The notes: generated by a model not told the origin, from the letters alone. 64,000 nt of DNA from Glaucostegus cemiculus (GCA_976551045.1 CDPCPM010000103.1:3410001-3474000); one strand, 5' to 3'. Shown: positions 37,639 to 51,640, counted from the stretch's first letter. Translations and numbers: made by a program.

Positions 37639-38429
37639 GCGGTAGCTGTGCAATCAGACTTCTAGACCATCATCTATCTAGTCAACTCTAGTCACCAATG
37701 GTGAAGGTTAGAACTGATAGTGAAAACACCTTTCAGAATACTAACATTTCTATATAATTAATTTATTAAACCAACACATTACCGGACAATGCGGTAGTAA
37801 AATTCTGGAACTAAAATGGAAACAACATCATTGATGCAGTATAGCACCAAATTCTTTTCAAGGTACACCCTTCTCCGCGTGTACTGAAAAATATCTTCAC
37901 TCTACTTGTTTCATCCCTTTAAAGCACAGCCATGAAACATTTCATCACAATTCAAAGTCTCACTATACATCTGTGCCAAATTCTAATTGCATATCATTTT
38001 ATACTTCTATTAAAGCAGCTGGTACTTGTTCCTTTATCTTGAAGACAAACATGGTCACAAAATGATCCACTATCAGCAATATTTCCTGTATACAGCTTCA
38101 AACTGCAATTGCCAAACAAAACACCGACAGAGGAGAATGCAGGCAAAGGAATCATTTGAACTATTGGCAAAAAAACCTCTTTGACAGATTCAGAAATGTT
38201 GTCAAAATTCTTGTTTTTCCTGCTCTGCAAATAAAAAAAAATGAACTGCACAGTTTGAATGTAATTTATTAAATTTTACAATGGAATCAGAAGTTCTTCA
38301 AAAGTGAGAATATACATGTGATATAGCTGGCTTTCAGTAAGATGTTTATGTTCAAGATTGAAAATTAGCAAAGCACTGGTAAAAGCATGCAGAAATAAAC
38401 AAAAGACAATAACACTTGTGTGTGTATTA

Positions 38430-39230
38430 GAAGTTTTAAGTCCACCAAGCTTGGTCTTTGGAATGGTACTTTCTTAAATGACCTAAAAGATGCTACCTGA
38501 AAATCCATATCAATAATTGTGATTGACATCAAAGTGGCTGCTTAATAAGATGAAGACAAGTATCTTGGGTGAGACAGAAAATCAAATGGCAGAGGCAGTT
38601 TAACCTTATTGACTGTAAAACAATGCTGATAGGGATAATGTACGGAAAGACTAACCAAATGGCACTAACTGAAATGGACCTGGAAATGGATTGGAAAGGC
38701 ATATTAAATGGCTATCTCAAGGCACTGAATCAACACTGGGTGTGATATACATTAAAAGAAAACTATTTCTGACATTATACAACATGTAAAGTAACATACA
38801 CATCTCTTGAAACCATTATAGAGAGGGAATGAGCTGAATGGGCTAAAGAGAACAATTATAGAAGTATAAAAGGGGTCAGGGATAAAACGTTTGAAGGAAG
38901 GCTCAAAAAACTGATACATATTTTACAGGCAAAAACTGAAGGATAATATGTTTTAGATTTATAAATGAATAACATTTAGAGTTGCTCATGATCTGTCATT
39001 GCTATTTGTACTTTATGTCACAACAGAATGAGGGGATGTGACTATAATTGAGAAGGAGTTATTTCTGGTGAGATGAACAGAATCATTATCGAGATGTTGG
39101 TCAATTTTGAATTGCTTACTGATGGTGGGTGCAAACTCATTTAGCTTAAGTCTTATTTTATTGGACTAGCATTCTGAAGAGAAACACAGTTTTAATACAA
39201 ATCCAGCAAGAAGATGGCTAATTAGACCAA
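38430..39230 (+). mobile_element. Very old CR1-like fragment
   Basis: Heavily decayed RT C-terminal motifs (gaaggaaggctcaaaaaactg, acagaatgaggggatgtg). Confidence 0.45.
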
Positions 39231-39565
39231 AGATGCTTCAAACAATCTTAGTATGTTATCAATACACTAGTTTCAATAATTATTTTCTATAAAATATATA
39301 ATCAAATATACACATATGTATATCTACACACAAATAAAGAAAATATTAAAAATTAACAATATTGTTTATAATCAATTTCTATAGAATATGCTACATGTAC
39401 AGAGATATAAAATCTTAAAAATTGACTATAATAAAAGGATTAAAACAGTGACTACATGCAAGGGCACTGATGCCAGTGTAAACTGAGTTTTTTGTGCATG
39501 GATGCTTTGTCTGTTATAAGCAGCTGACCAATTTATGCCTCAAGGCACAATTAGCATAGATGTTA

Positions 39566-39579
39566 GTTTCTATGGTAAC
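39566..39579 (+). promoter_or_regulatory. RFX X-box-like motif (candidate)
   Basis: GTTTCTATGGTAAC in repeat-free sequence. Confidence 0.3.
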
Positions 39580-40029
39580 TGTGAAACTACGTTATGGTAT
39601 AATTCTGGTTTTCTACATTTTCAGTTAACAAAACTGAGCTGATTTGGAATCAGCTGTATTGATTTTTTTTACTATTTTTAACTGTATGACCATTGATATA
39701 AAAATGCATTAGATTAACTTAAATTGCTAATGGTTACATGAAGGAATTAGTATTTAAAAATATGAAATAGACCTGTATCCAATAAAATAAACAGAAATTT
39801 AAATCAAGAGGCTGATCATACCAATATATTAATCTACCATTGTATTAGTTTCAACGATCAAAAGATTTATATGAAATAAATTATACTGTACAGCAAAAGA
39901 AATCTTACCAATTTTGCAGCAAATATGTTAGAAAGCAAAGTTTTACTTAAATAGTTCACAACATTCAGCTATTTTAAGCATTCAGTCTCTTTGCTTCCTG
40001 AGGGATACTATTAAATTACCAGACATTGT

Positions 40030-40720
40030 CCTCAATATTACACCTTAAATACAACAAAACATCTCACTTCACAGGAGGATTATCAAGCAAAATTTGACAG
40101 TGAGCCATATATTCTGGCAGATTACCAAATGTTTAGTCAAACAAGTTGTTTTTTAAGGAGTGACTTAAAGGAGGAAAGATGAAATATTTCAGCAGCAATT
40201 TCCAAAGTTCAGGATTTGTCAACTGAAGTGATTGCAATTGATGATGAAGTGATTAAAATATGATGCACAAGAAATAAGAATTAGAGGAACACAAATATCT
40301 CAGTGGAATGGAGGAGATTACTTAGATGTGGAGAGGAAAGAATGTGAAAGGAATTGAAAACAAGGACACAAACTTATAAAACTGAGGTACAGCTTAAGTA
40401 TAAGTTAATGCAAGTCTGCAAACACAGGAGTAATGGGTGAAATGGACCTGAAGATAGATGAAGGAGTTGTGGAAGTTCAGTGAGATTGGAAGATGGGAGG
40501 CAAGCCAAATGTGTGCTGCCGTGGTCAAGTCTACTGGTAACAAAGACATGGTTAAGGGTTTCAGCAGTGGATGAGCTGAGGCTCATGTGGAATAGGCAAC
40601 ATTAATGAGTTGGAAGTAAATGGTCTCAGCAATGGTGCAAAATGGTATTGGATATTTAGCTTGGGGCAAAAATAAGACCAAAAATGATAATAGTCTGGTT
40701 CAGCCTCAGACAGCTGCTAA
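40030..40720 (-). mobile_element. L2 LINE 3' fragment
   Basis: ORF SSSTAETLNHVFVTSRLDH.S..LA.LPSS matches the L2 RT motif AETL.HAFVTSRLDYCN.LL.GLP. Confidence 0.8.
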
Positions 40721-42409
40721 CAGCTGCCAAGGTGGGGGGTGGGGTGGTGGAAGAAGGGGTAAAAATTTTGAGAAGTCAAGAGAAATTGCGATGAGAAAAG
40801 CTGAATGGCTGAGTATATAGAGGGAAAAATCAAATCTATGAGTTCCTAAATAATCATCCACTCAAAGTTTTCATTTTGTGTACTTATATATAATGAATAT
40901 TATCATAAACCTTTTAAGAAGACAAATTTATGTACATTTATACCTAAAGACAAGGTTCACAAAGAAGTAGTATGCCCTTTCCATTTACTTTGCTGTTTTA
41001 TGCAGACTTGTTTATTTTGTACTGACACCGTTTTTGAGAGTCAGTTGCACTTTAAATAGTTAATTCATGCAGCATGCTGTTTTACCAGCATTACAATTCC
41101 AAAAAAAGCCATTGGTTCATAGCTGCTCCTGCCTGATGTGGTGTATTTCAGATCTGCTAAACTGCACTAGCCTGCTGAATAAAGATAATTCAACACAGCT
41201 GCCAGCCGTCTGATTCAAACACATGAAGGGAAAAATAGTTACAGGCTACATCACCAAAGCTGCACACTATGCAGATTTCTTAACAGTGCAAATTTGTTTT
41301 AATTGGCAAAAAAAACCTAAAAATAAATAACTTCTAACAAATCACATTCACATTTATCTTTGTTTTCCCCTGCACTCTACAGAATGTATTTTCAGTAAGC
41401 TATGCTTATTTTCAAAATAAAGTTTGTGACACCTTGTGCCTCATTTAACAGTGACATCATCCCCAAAATGTTAAACAGCTTTGCAAAGGTATCTGATTCA
41501 TTTTTCCAGTAGAAGGACTCGGCAATTTTGCTGACATTTTTATTTCGGTTATTACACTCAATCAGAGGCAACTTCTTTCTACTTATCTACAATATATTAA
41601 AACTACCAAACAATGAGGATAAATTATTTATTCTAGGAGTCCCTCAGTTTGTGAATCTAACAAATGAATAAAATTATCAGATAATTTTGAAAAATAACAT
41701 TTTGCCTTTGACAGCTAACTGCAAAATGCATTGTAAAAATTAATTTTGAGAGCCACATCTGTTTCAGGTTTCGTGGAGTTAAGATACCACTTAGTACTTA
41801 TTCACAAGATAAAGGATAAAACTGTAGGAGAATGTGACATGTGAGCCCAGTCTGCGCAATAACAAACAGTGCCATGCTTAATATTCAATTGGTGTTGTGT
41901 TAAGTGCTGGGCAAAGGTGCCTTTCCATCAAGAGGCAGAAGTCTCACTGGGTTATGTTTATGTTCCTGTCAGCAGCTTTCCAAATCAGGAACTTGCAGGC
42001 ATTCAAACACATGCTGCCAACCTGTTTGATTGGCAGAAGTCCAGAAATGGCATGGGAGAGGTGGACACTCAGGATTAGTGGTGGGGAAATCAGATTAAAT
42101 CATCTTCTGTACAAGATGAATTTAGTTAGGAAAGTTCGAGCACTTTACAAAAAAAATCAGAAACAATAAAGAGTTCCATTTACAGTAGGCTGTGCCAACT
42201 CACAATATTTGACCTCTTCAAGACTGAATGGAAGGGAATTATCTGGTGAAATAGACTACATCTTAAATTTACTGAATCAAGTAAGCAGCTAACTTAATTA
42301 TGCATATCTGCAAATTAATTCTAATTTGAATTAGAAATTCAGGCAAAATTTATGGCTTTAATGTGCAGCATGGTATAAGGATTCCAGCTTTTTTGAATGA
42401 AGTTGTAAT

Positions 42410-43335
42410 GGAGTCATAGAGTTATATCACAGAGAAACAGGCTTTTTGGCTCACTTGTTGATACTGACCAAATTGCCTACCTGACCTAGCCCCATTTGCC
42501 TTCATTTAAGCCCCTATACTCTAAATCTTTCCCATCCAAGTACCTCTCTAAATGCCTTTTAAACATTGTAATTGTCCTCTCCATTACCACTTCCTCTGGC
42601 AGTTTATTCCATAAACCCACATCCCTCTGTGTGAAAAAGTTGCCCCTCACATACCCTTTAAATTCTTCCCCCTCGCCTTAAATCTATGCCCTCTAGTTTT
42701 AGATTCCCCTGCCGAGGGAAAAAGACCTGATCTATGCCCCTCATTATTTTATATTATCTCAGTCTCCAACACTCCAGGGAAAAATGCCCCAACCTCTCCT
42801 CATAACTCAAGCCCTCCAGTCCCAGCAACATCCTTGTGAATCTTCACTGCATCATTTCCAGCTTAATGACATCCCTCCTAGAGCAAGCCAATCAGAACTG
42901 CACATAATACTCCAAGTGTGGTCTCACCAACATCTTGCATTGTTGTAACATGACATCCCAACACTTGTACTCACTGCCCTGACCTGTGAAGACACACCTT
43001 CTTCACTACCCTGTCTACCTGTGTCACCACCTTCGGGGAACTATGTACTTGTACCCCTAGGACCCACTGTTCTACAACACTCTCCAGAGCCCTGCTGCTT
43101 ACTGTCAAAGTCCTGCCCTGATTTAATTCCTTTGCACTTTGCACTTGTCCAGGTTAAGTTCAATCTGCCATTCCTCGGCCCACTTTCCCAGTTTTTCTAG
43201 ATCCTGTTGTAATCTTAAACCACCTTCTTCACTGTCCACCATATTACTAAATATGGTGTCACCCACAAACTTAGGAAGCATTCTCATTAATATAGATGAC
43301 AAACAACAGTGGACTCAGCACCAATCACTGCGGCA
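42410..43335 (-). mobile_element. CR1 LINE 3' portion
   Basis: Tail gagtcatagagttata...; cagaactgcacataatactccaagtgtggtctcacca is the reverse of VRPHLEY.VQF. Confidence 0.9.
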
Positions 43336-43559
43336 GTAAGCTGTTCTCTAGCATTTCCAAACAATGGAAGACAAATTCTAAAGTCAATCTAAAAGTCAAT
43401 GGAATCAGATACTGGTTAAGTTCACGCAATACAAGAAAGTAAGATGAATGAACAATATAGGTCATTTAGACATGCCAAGGTTAAAGGCAAGTATTTTTGT
43501 ATGAATATGAAAACAATGAAAAGACTACTTTGAACGTTTCTATGGCATCCCAATCTGTA

Positions 43560-44500
43560 CTGATGAGGTTTTCCAAAAATTAGTGGCATTGCAGGAGTAC
43601 CTTCAAGCCATACTCTTGTGCCTAAAATGCTTTCTCTGTGGAGATCAAGCTCATTGTGACTCTCAATTTACCAGCAGATCCATGCCATATTTCACAGTTT
43701 TCTGCTGAATGCAGCATTAGAGAAGGCACCCACACTTCCCACTTACTAAAAGGAAGGCTTTCACAGTGTCTGATTTTAATGAAGAGAAAGTAGTGTCTTG
43801 GGCATTGGGACTTGCCAGCATTGCTGTCTACCCACAAGTGCATGCAGTCATTGCCCAAGAAGACTCTGGTTAGTAACCCAAATGCTATCACCAACAAATA
43901 GGGTTTCAATTCCCTAAATGTACACCTTGTTTGTGGATCACAAGAAAGGTATCATGATGGTGAGTGTCACATTTCTTGGCAGCTCCCATACTTGTTTATT
44001 CTGAAACATTCTGTACAGCTGGACATTTTCAGCTGCCAGCACTGCACTGAGGGATGGATCTTGAAGAACAAGGTTTGTCCTCTTTTTTCACAGCTTCCAC
44101 ACCTCTTCAAACTTCAGGCACACCAGCTTAGCATCAATACAATGAGAGCCACCAAAGTACCAAGATAGAAATGGAAAATGCCATTTGTATCCTCCTGATG
44201 AGATTTTATTGCCTGCATCAGTCCAGGCAGGCCCCGCAGTATAAACTAAGCAGGTGCAGTGTATTCACTGATGTATAATGCATGCTGCATAACCTAGCAA
44301 CTCTGCTGGTGCTGGGGGAAGAACAATATATGACTCAGAGGATGACCACTTTGCAGGGGTAAACAGTGGTTGAAACTTTGGGTGCCTTGGACTACTTTCA
44401 AAATCAATAGTGGTTATTTCAAAATAATGAAGTCCATACACATTCAGTGATATAGAATCCTCATGGAACTCCAAGTGAGGTAAATTTAAACCCATTGTAC
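43560..44500 (-). mobile_element. Old non-LTR retrotransposon, endonuclease/linker region
   Basis: Decayed reverse-strand APE-like segment, probably the same family as 34130 and 45640. Confidence 0.45.
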
Positions 44501-44548
44501 CAATTGATCAATGGTAGTACCAAGGTAGTATACCAAGGTAGTAGTACC

Positions 44549-44776
44549 GGCACGATAGCGTAGCGGTTAGCGCGACGCTGTTACAGCGCCAGCGATTGGG
44601 GTTCAACTCCCGTCGCTGACTGTAAGGAGTTTGTACGTTCTCCCGTGTCTGCGTGGGTTTTCTCCGGGTGCTTCGGTTTCCTCCCACAATCTAAAGACGT
44701 ACGGGTAGGTTAATTTGGGGGTTTAAAATGGGTGGCGTGGACTCGTTGGGCCGAAAGGGCCTGTTACCACGCTGTA
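44549..44776 (+). mobile_element. Young tRNA-derived V-SINE (HE1-like)
   Basis: ggcacgatagcgtagcggttagcgcgacgctgttacagcgccagcg...ggttcaactcc, then V-domain, then gggccgaaagggcctgttaccacgctgta. Confidence 0.92.
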
Positions 44777-45524
44777 GTAATTATCAGTCAATGGGGAAGA
44801 ACTGAAGAAGTCTCAGTGGTTGATGCCTCAGGTTTCATTCAGCTCACAACTTGATATGATCAATGTAGTGCCATGTCTTCTCACCTAATCCTTCAATTTC
44901 AATCCCAACGAGACAACAGGAACCACTGAGCAGGTATCACTTCACCATGCAACCTTGCTCACATTTCTATGACTCTGGGCTCCCTCCCTCAGAGGTGGCT
45001 ATGATAAATATTGTAAGAGCAAACCAAGCAAGGGAGAAGATTCCTAAGATAAGAATCAATCACATCACATTGCCAGAAAGCATGGCAGCTATAGCATAGT
45101 CAAATTACATCACATTATTGCTGCTGCAGTGAGACACTCATCTTTATTGGAAAAGCATCACTCACTGTCTATCAGAAATCAAAGTTTACTTTGAGCATGT
45201 TGCCATGAGAAGCATGATATTCTAGCTGAGGCATTGCAGATTATGCAGCAATGCAGCAACTGCCTCACCAGTATACCTTATCTTTGGATACAAAAGGATG
45301 TTATTTGCCTCAAATAAGAACACATGTGAAAAATTTACCCATGGATTCTCAGGTAGCTACAACCTATCATTCACAAACATCAATGGATACTAAGTTTGTT
45401 ATTTTAATATACAATGATGGAAAATGCTTTGTGTATCTCAGTGTCATTTATGTGAACAAAAGAAGTATCTGCAGTTATGCAACATATTTCACAACCTTGT
45501 GGCAACCCAAACTGCTTTCTAGCG

Positions 45525-46880
45525 AAAGCAGAAGTTTTAAAAGGAAAATGGTTATATTCTAAGAAATGTGGCAGCCAATTTGTGCACAGATATGTCCTAC
45601 AAACAACAGTGAAGTAATATCTAGATAATCTGTTTTATGATTTTTTTGAAGTTCGTTTTTCATGATGCAAGTGCCATTGGCAAAGCCAAGAAAATTTGCC
45701 CACCTCAAGTTGTTTATAAGAAGGTGGTGATGTGCCTTATTGAACAGATGGAGTGGTCCAGTGAAGGTTGTCCCACAAAGCTGTTGGATAGGGATTTCAA
45801 GAGTTTGGACTTAATACCAAAGAAAGAATGTCAACCTATTTCCAAGTCAGGATGGTTTGACTTGAAGAGTAATCTGCAGGTAATGGTGTTACTATGCACC
45901 TGCTGCCCTTGTCCTTCTGGTGGTAGAGATCAGAATTTGGGGGAATGGCCAGTGTAAACAGTGTGTGTAATTGTAGTACATTGTGTAGGTATTACAAGCT
46001 GCAGAATGGTGCAGCGATGCAAAGGGAATGAATGTTTATAGTGGTGAGTTAGCATATCAATCAGGTGTACTTTTTCATCCTGGATTGTGTTGAGTTTCTT
46101 GAAAGCTATGGGAGCTGCAGGTATCCAAACAAGTGGAAATTATTCTTTCACATTTGTGATCTGTACCATGTAGATGGTGAAAGAACTCTGGAGCATCAGG
46201 AGGCTTTTGCCACATGATACCCAGCTTCTATCTTCTCTTTTAAGCACTGTGTTTACACGGTTGGACCGGTTATGTTTCTGGTCCAAGGTGAACCCCTGGT
46301 TATTAATGAAATATCATGGGTAGATGATTAGTCTTTCTCTTTGAATTCAGTCATTGCCTGACAACTTTGTGGTGCAAATGTTACTTGCTCCATATCAGCC
46401 TATGCCTGAATATTGTCTAGGAGTTAAGCATTGTGAAATCAATGAATAGCCTCACTTCTGACGTTATGGTTGGAGGGAGGGCCATTGATGAAGCAGCTGA
46501 AGTCAGATGGGCCTAGGATGCTGTGCAGAGGAACTGCAAAGTCCTAGGGCTAGGGTGATTGCCCTCAAATAACCACAACTATCAATGAACTATTGGAGTG
46601 TTTTATCCTTGATGCCCACTAACTTAAGATTTACTATTGTTCCTTTTTGCCAAACGATCAACTGTTGACCAGAACCTTAGGATTAATTAACTCTTCAAAA
46701 TAGTGCCAATGGGAATGAAGACAGGACCTCTGTTTAATGTCTCATCCAGTTGACTGCACTGCAGTGCAACACTCTCTGAGTGTCAGCCAAAGTTTTTGAG
46801 CTCAAATCTCTGGAATGAAGCATAAACCCACAGCTATCCCACTGTGATACAATGGGTTAATTATGAACGATCCACTGATA
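45525..46880 (-). mobile_element. Deu-domain SINE split by a LINE 3' portion (about 45640-46660)
   Basis: SINE 3' part gtggcagccaatttgtgcaca at about 45570; Deu-like core aatagtgcca.tggga...gtttaatgtctcatcc...gtgtcagcc at about 46700-46830; LINE sequence in between. Confidence 0.6.
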
Positions 46881-48164
46881 CCAAATCCAAAAATCATGTT
46901 TGTACTTATGCCAGTAATTGTGTTTCAAAAAAAAGGAATGTCTGAAAATGTTGGTGTCAATCCAATTCAGTGATGACTAATACTGATTCAAAGAATACAG
47001 TAATAACACTAGAGTCCACAGGAACCAAGATGTGCAATATAGTGTTAGAAATATATAATGTGACAAATTACCCTGGTAACAGCTTTGTGAAAATCTGGCC
47101 ATCAAGTGATTTAGCTTTATTCAACAAAGGCAAAGCATGAACATGTTTTATTGGATGTATAGTCCTTATCTTTGGTTATGCCCATGGGATAATATTAACT
47201 GTTCATTTTTTTAAAATGAATTTGTGGTCATTTGTGGGTGATAGTTCTTAGAATTGATGAAAGGTTATTGACCTGAAATGTTAATTTGTGTTACTCCCTC
47301 CAAAGATATTGCCCATGTCCAACATTTCCTGTTCTTTATTTCCAATTATCTGCAATATTTTACTTCTGCATTTTTATTATTAATATCATTTTTATTGCAT
47401 TAGCTTTGAATCAAATATGTATACTTTTCCTTCAGCCTAAATTTACAAAACAGATGGATTTTGGCTGAGAGAGAGAGAAAAAAAGAACTCTTAATATTAT
47501 TGACCTAATGGATCCTTTAATAATTTTCAGAAGAATGAAAAGATTGAGTGCATTTGTGTGCATGATAAGTTACCTGAGCAGGACAGGGAATGTGTCATGA
47601 CAATACCAAGTAAATCAGAAAACTATGTACAACTAGACACAGTCAATGATGCAATATGGTGCCCAGCCAAACATCTGGTCCAACAATGCATCATAAAAAA
47701 TATAAAACACACTAAAAAATGGCAACAAAGAATTCAAAATGTAATAAGTCATATTTTGTTTTAGTTTCTCCTACATTGTAAAACTAACTCATCTGCTCCT
47801 CCTTTTTGTTCTCATCAGTTTGGTAAATGTCTAGCAAATTAATATTTAGGTTTTACACAAAAAGGCTGAGTTAAACTTCTTAAGACTGTGATAGTATCTC
47901 TTTACAATATCAGAAACACATTCCCAGTCTATCGGTATAACAGACTGTGTTCAAAAACACCTTAGCAATATGCAAAGAAAATAAATATTAAGTACTCGAT
48001 GTTCTGTTTAAATTTGGAACAAAATTATCTGAAAAATTAAGTGCTGACATTACAGATCATTTGCATAACCACTAATCTCATCCAATCACTTTGTTGGTAA
48101 GTGCACTGTGCACCCTTCACATCCCCAAACGAGCAATTCAAACTACGAAAGAGAAACTGGAGAC

Positions 48165-48750
48165 ACAAGAGCATGTAGATGCTGTAATCTGGGGGAACTC
48201 AGCAGTTTTCCAATTTCAGGTAACATCCTTTCTCTCTCCTTCTGATCCACCAAGGTTCTATCCTTTCCCACCTGCTTCCATCTGCCTATCACCCACACAC
48301 TATACAGTTAAGGAGGGGTTTCCTATTTCCCTCGCCCAATTGGTTTGACCCCTTCCTTAGCTGGTTCCACTTATCACCTTCCTTGTCAGATTTCAGCATC
48401 AGCAACCTCTTGTATCTCCATTTATCACCTTCCAGCCTCTGTCTCCATCTTCAACCTCCCCTCTCCCCACCTGACTCCATATGCCCCTTTTTCTCTCTCT
48501 CCTTATCTGTCTCTACCTAGTACCCACCAGCTGCTGTCTCCCGACTGTAATCCCCCTCCTCTATCTAGCTCCATCTGCCCATCATCCTGCTTCTCACCTG
48601 ATTCTACCTATAACCTGCCAGCTCCTGCCTCATCTCTCCCTATCACCTCTTAATCCTGGCCATCTCCCCTCTACACTTTCAGCTCTGATGCAGGGTCTCG
48701 ACCTGAAACGTCAACCATCCCCTTGCTTCCACAGATGCTGCTCAACATGA
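48165..48750 (+). mobile_element. Penelope 3' region and terminal repeat
   Basis: Pyrimidine-rich tract ending CTGATGCAGGGTCTCGACCTGAAACGTC...ccacagatgctgc. Confidence 0.8.
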
Positions 48751-49174
48751 AAAGGAAACTATACTTTGTAAATAAGCTGTGTTTTCATGTGTTCCATGAT
48801 ATTTCTGGCTAGTGGCAAGGAACAAAGGACATTGAACAAGTGCTCCAGTTGGGCTTGTACAACACAAACTGGTGAGATGCCTTCTATAGCTGATCTCTTG
48901 TAATTGAAATAGTAAACAGAATTCTTTTGGCTGTTATTTTCCTGCTTGGATGATGAATAATTCTGCTCTTAAAGCATACCTTTATTCTGTACTCTTGAAA
49001 TATACTTCCCCCTTTGTACTACTTAAACAAATTGTAATTAACTCCATGACCACCAGTGATTTTAGCTAAGGAACCACCAGATTCAGTCAATGTGTTACAA
49101 GTGACAGCATCAGGACAACTGGCCATATTACTTCTTTCTATGTTGCATAATTCAATGTATTTGATTTTATGATA

Positions 49175-50650
49175 TATTCATTTTCTGGATTTGGGCATTG
49201 CTGGCAAGACTAGGATTTGTTGCCCGCTCCTAAATATCCATGAGAAGGCGGTGGTGAGATGGCTTCTTGAAGGGCTTCAGTCCTTTGGGTGAAGGTACTT
49301 TCATTGGGCAGAATGTCCTAAGGTTTAGATCAAGCAATCGCAAAGAATCAGCGATATGTTTCTAAGTCAGGGTGGGAGTACAAGATTTGGAGGTGGGGGC
49401 CTGCAGATTGTAGTTTTCCCACACACCTGCTATGCTCATCTTTCTTGGTGGTAAACATCACGGGTTCTCAAGGTGCTGTCAGAGAAGCCTGGGCAAGGAA
49501 CTGTAGTTCATTTTGGACATCAGAATCAGAATCAGTTTTATTGTCACAACGATATACACATACAGTATGCATAGGAGCAAGATACCGTACCCCACAGGTG
49601 CACGTCACATTAAACATTAAACAAAAGAGACACACAAGACAGAAAGACACTGAAAACATTAGAACCACGAAATTAACTTGTGCAACTTAAATAAATAATC
49701 TTAAAGTGAACGACCTGGCAGCAGACATTTAAAGTGCTGGTGCGTTTCTGTACGCCTAGCATCCTTTAGTGTTGGTGGGAGAGATGGAGGGGTGAGGGAG
49801 TTCACAGATCTAATAGCTTGCGGGAAGAAGTTATTACACAGTCTAGTTCCAGACGGCAAGAGTGTGAAGAGATGGTAGGAGGGGTGAGAAGGATCCAATA
49901 TTATATTTTTGGCCTTCCTAACACATCAGTCCTTGTATATGTCTGCAAGGGAGGGTAGGGAGACACCTATGATCTTCTCCACTGCCCTCACTATCCTCTG
50001 GAGGGACTTCCGTCCAGCAGCTGAGCAGCTCCCAAACCAGACAGTGATGCAGTGAGTTAGGATGCTCTTGATGGTCCCCCTATAAAAAGTTTTCATTACC
50101 GAGGGATGGGAGTTCACTTTCCTCAGTCTCCGCAGGAAGTAGAGACAGGGTGTGAACTGCAGCCACTGTGCGCTGATGGTAAAGCAAATGAATTTTTAAG
50201 GTTGTTAATGAGATGCCATTTAAGTGGGCTACTTTGTCCTGGATGATGTTGTGTTTCATGAGAGTTGTTGGAGCTGCATTCATCCAGGCACGTTAAATGC
50301 TCCTATCTGTGTCATGTTGATGGTGGAAGGGCCGTGTGGCATCAGGAGGTGAATCACTCACTACAGGATACTCATCCTCCAATCTACCCTTTAACTACAG
50401 CACTTGTGTGGCTGATCCAGTTGAGTTTGTGGTCAATGGTGACCAGCTGGATATTGGTGGGAGGGGATGCAATAGTGGTAAAATCAATGAATGTCAAGAC
50501 CGTTGGAGATGGTCATGGTCTGGCACTTCTTTGGTACAAAGGTTACTTGCCATTAATTAGCCCATGCCTGAAGATTGTTAAGGTCTTGCTGGAAGTAAGC
50601 ATGAGCTGCTTTATTTTCTGAGGAGTTTTGAATGGAATTGAATATTGTCC
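49175..50650 (-). mobile_element. Old LINE 3' portion containing a nested Rex1/Babar insertion (about 49519-50150)
   Basis: Rex ORF MKTFYRGTIKSILTHCITVWFGSCSAAGRKSLQRIVRAVEKIIG and DPSHPSYHLFTLLPSG with a (tcagaa)n tail. The host LINE resumes at about 50150 and parallels 45640-46660. Confidence 0.8.
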
Positions 50651-50699
50651 TCTTGACCTTCTTGCCTTTTGTAAGGAATGATTGCTGCTGGAAAACATG

Positions 50700-51640
50700 C
50701 ACAGAGGAAGATCTAGTGAACACTGAACTGGGTTTAGCTTTGATGGCCCAGTGAATGAATTACCTGCCAATATTTGCTTTCTATATTCACAACTAAAAGT
50801 GTCTAATTGAATGAGAAAATGTTGAATGGCCAGATGATTCAAGTTTAATGCAATGGGAGGTAGGGGGGGCGGAAAGTGATGTATTTTAATAGAAACAATG
50901 AGGCAAGGCAATATCAGGAAAAGAAGGATGCTGTTCTAAAAGGGGTGCAGAAGCAGAGGCTCATGGGGGGGATGTGTACAAATCATTGAAAACATCAAGA
51001 CAAGTTGAGAAAACAGTTAAAAAAGCATGCACAATGCTGGGCTTTATCAAAAGAGGCATAGAATATAAAAGCAGGGAGGTCATGCTGAACTTTCAGCTAC
51101 CTTTGGTCTGGCCTCATTTGAAATACTATGTTCAATTCTGATTGCCACATTGCAGAATGGACATTTCAACTTTAGAGAGGGTCCAGAAAAGATTTAAGAG
51201 AATGGTTCCTAGGATTAGGGACTACAGTGTCAAGGATAGATTAGAGAGGATGGGATTGTTTTCTTTGAAGAGAAGGCTAAAGGAAAGTTAGATACAACTG
51301 AAAATGATGAGAGCTCTGGTTGGAATGGATGGGGGAAGCTGTTTCCCTTGGTGGAGAGGTTGAGATATAAAATAAAGGGGAAGAGAATTAAGAGTGACAT
51401 GAAGAAACAGTCCTCTTACACAACATGTGTTGGAATCTGGAATGTGCTTCCTGTAGATGTGTGGCAGCAGGTTACATTATGGCCTTCAATAGAGAACTGG
51501 ATAAATATATGAAAGAGAAAAAATTGCAAGGTGACAAAGAAAGAACCAGTGAGTGGAACTACAAAGCTGCTCTGCTAGATCACCATGAGTTAAGAGGCCT
51601 CCTTTTGTGCTGTAACCAATCTGGTATTCTATGACCTTGC
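50700..51640 (+). mobile_element. CR1 LINE RT C-terminus and 3' UTR
   Basis: ggcatagaatataaaagcagggagg, ttagagagggtccagaaaagattt and a CR1 tail ending ttctatga. Confidence 0.85.
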
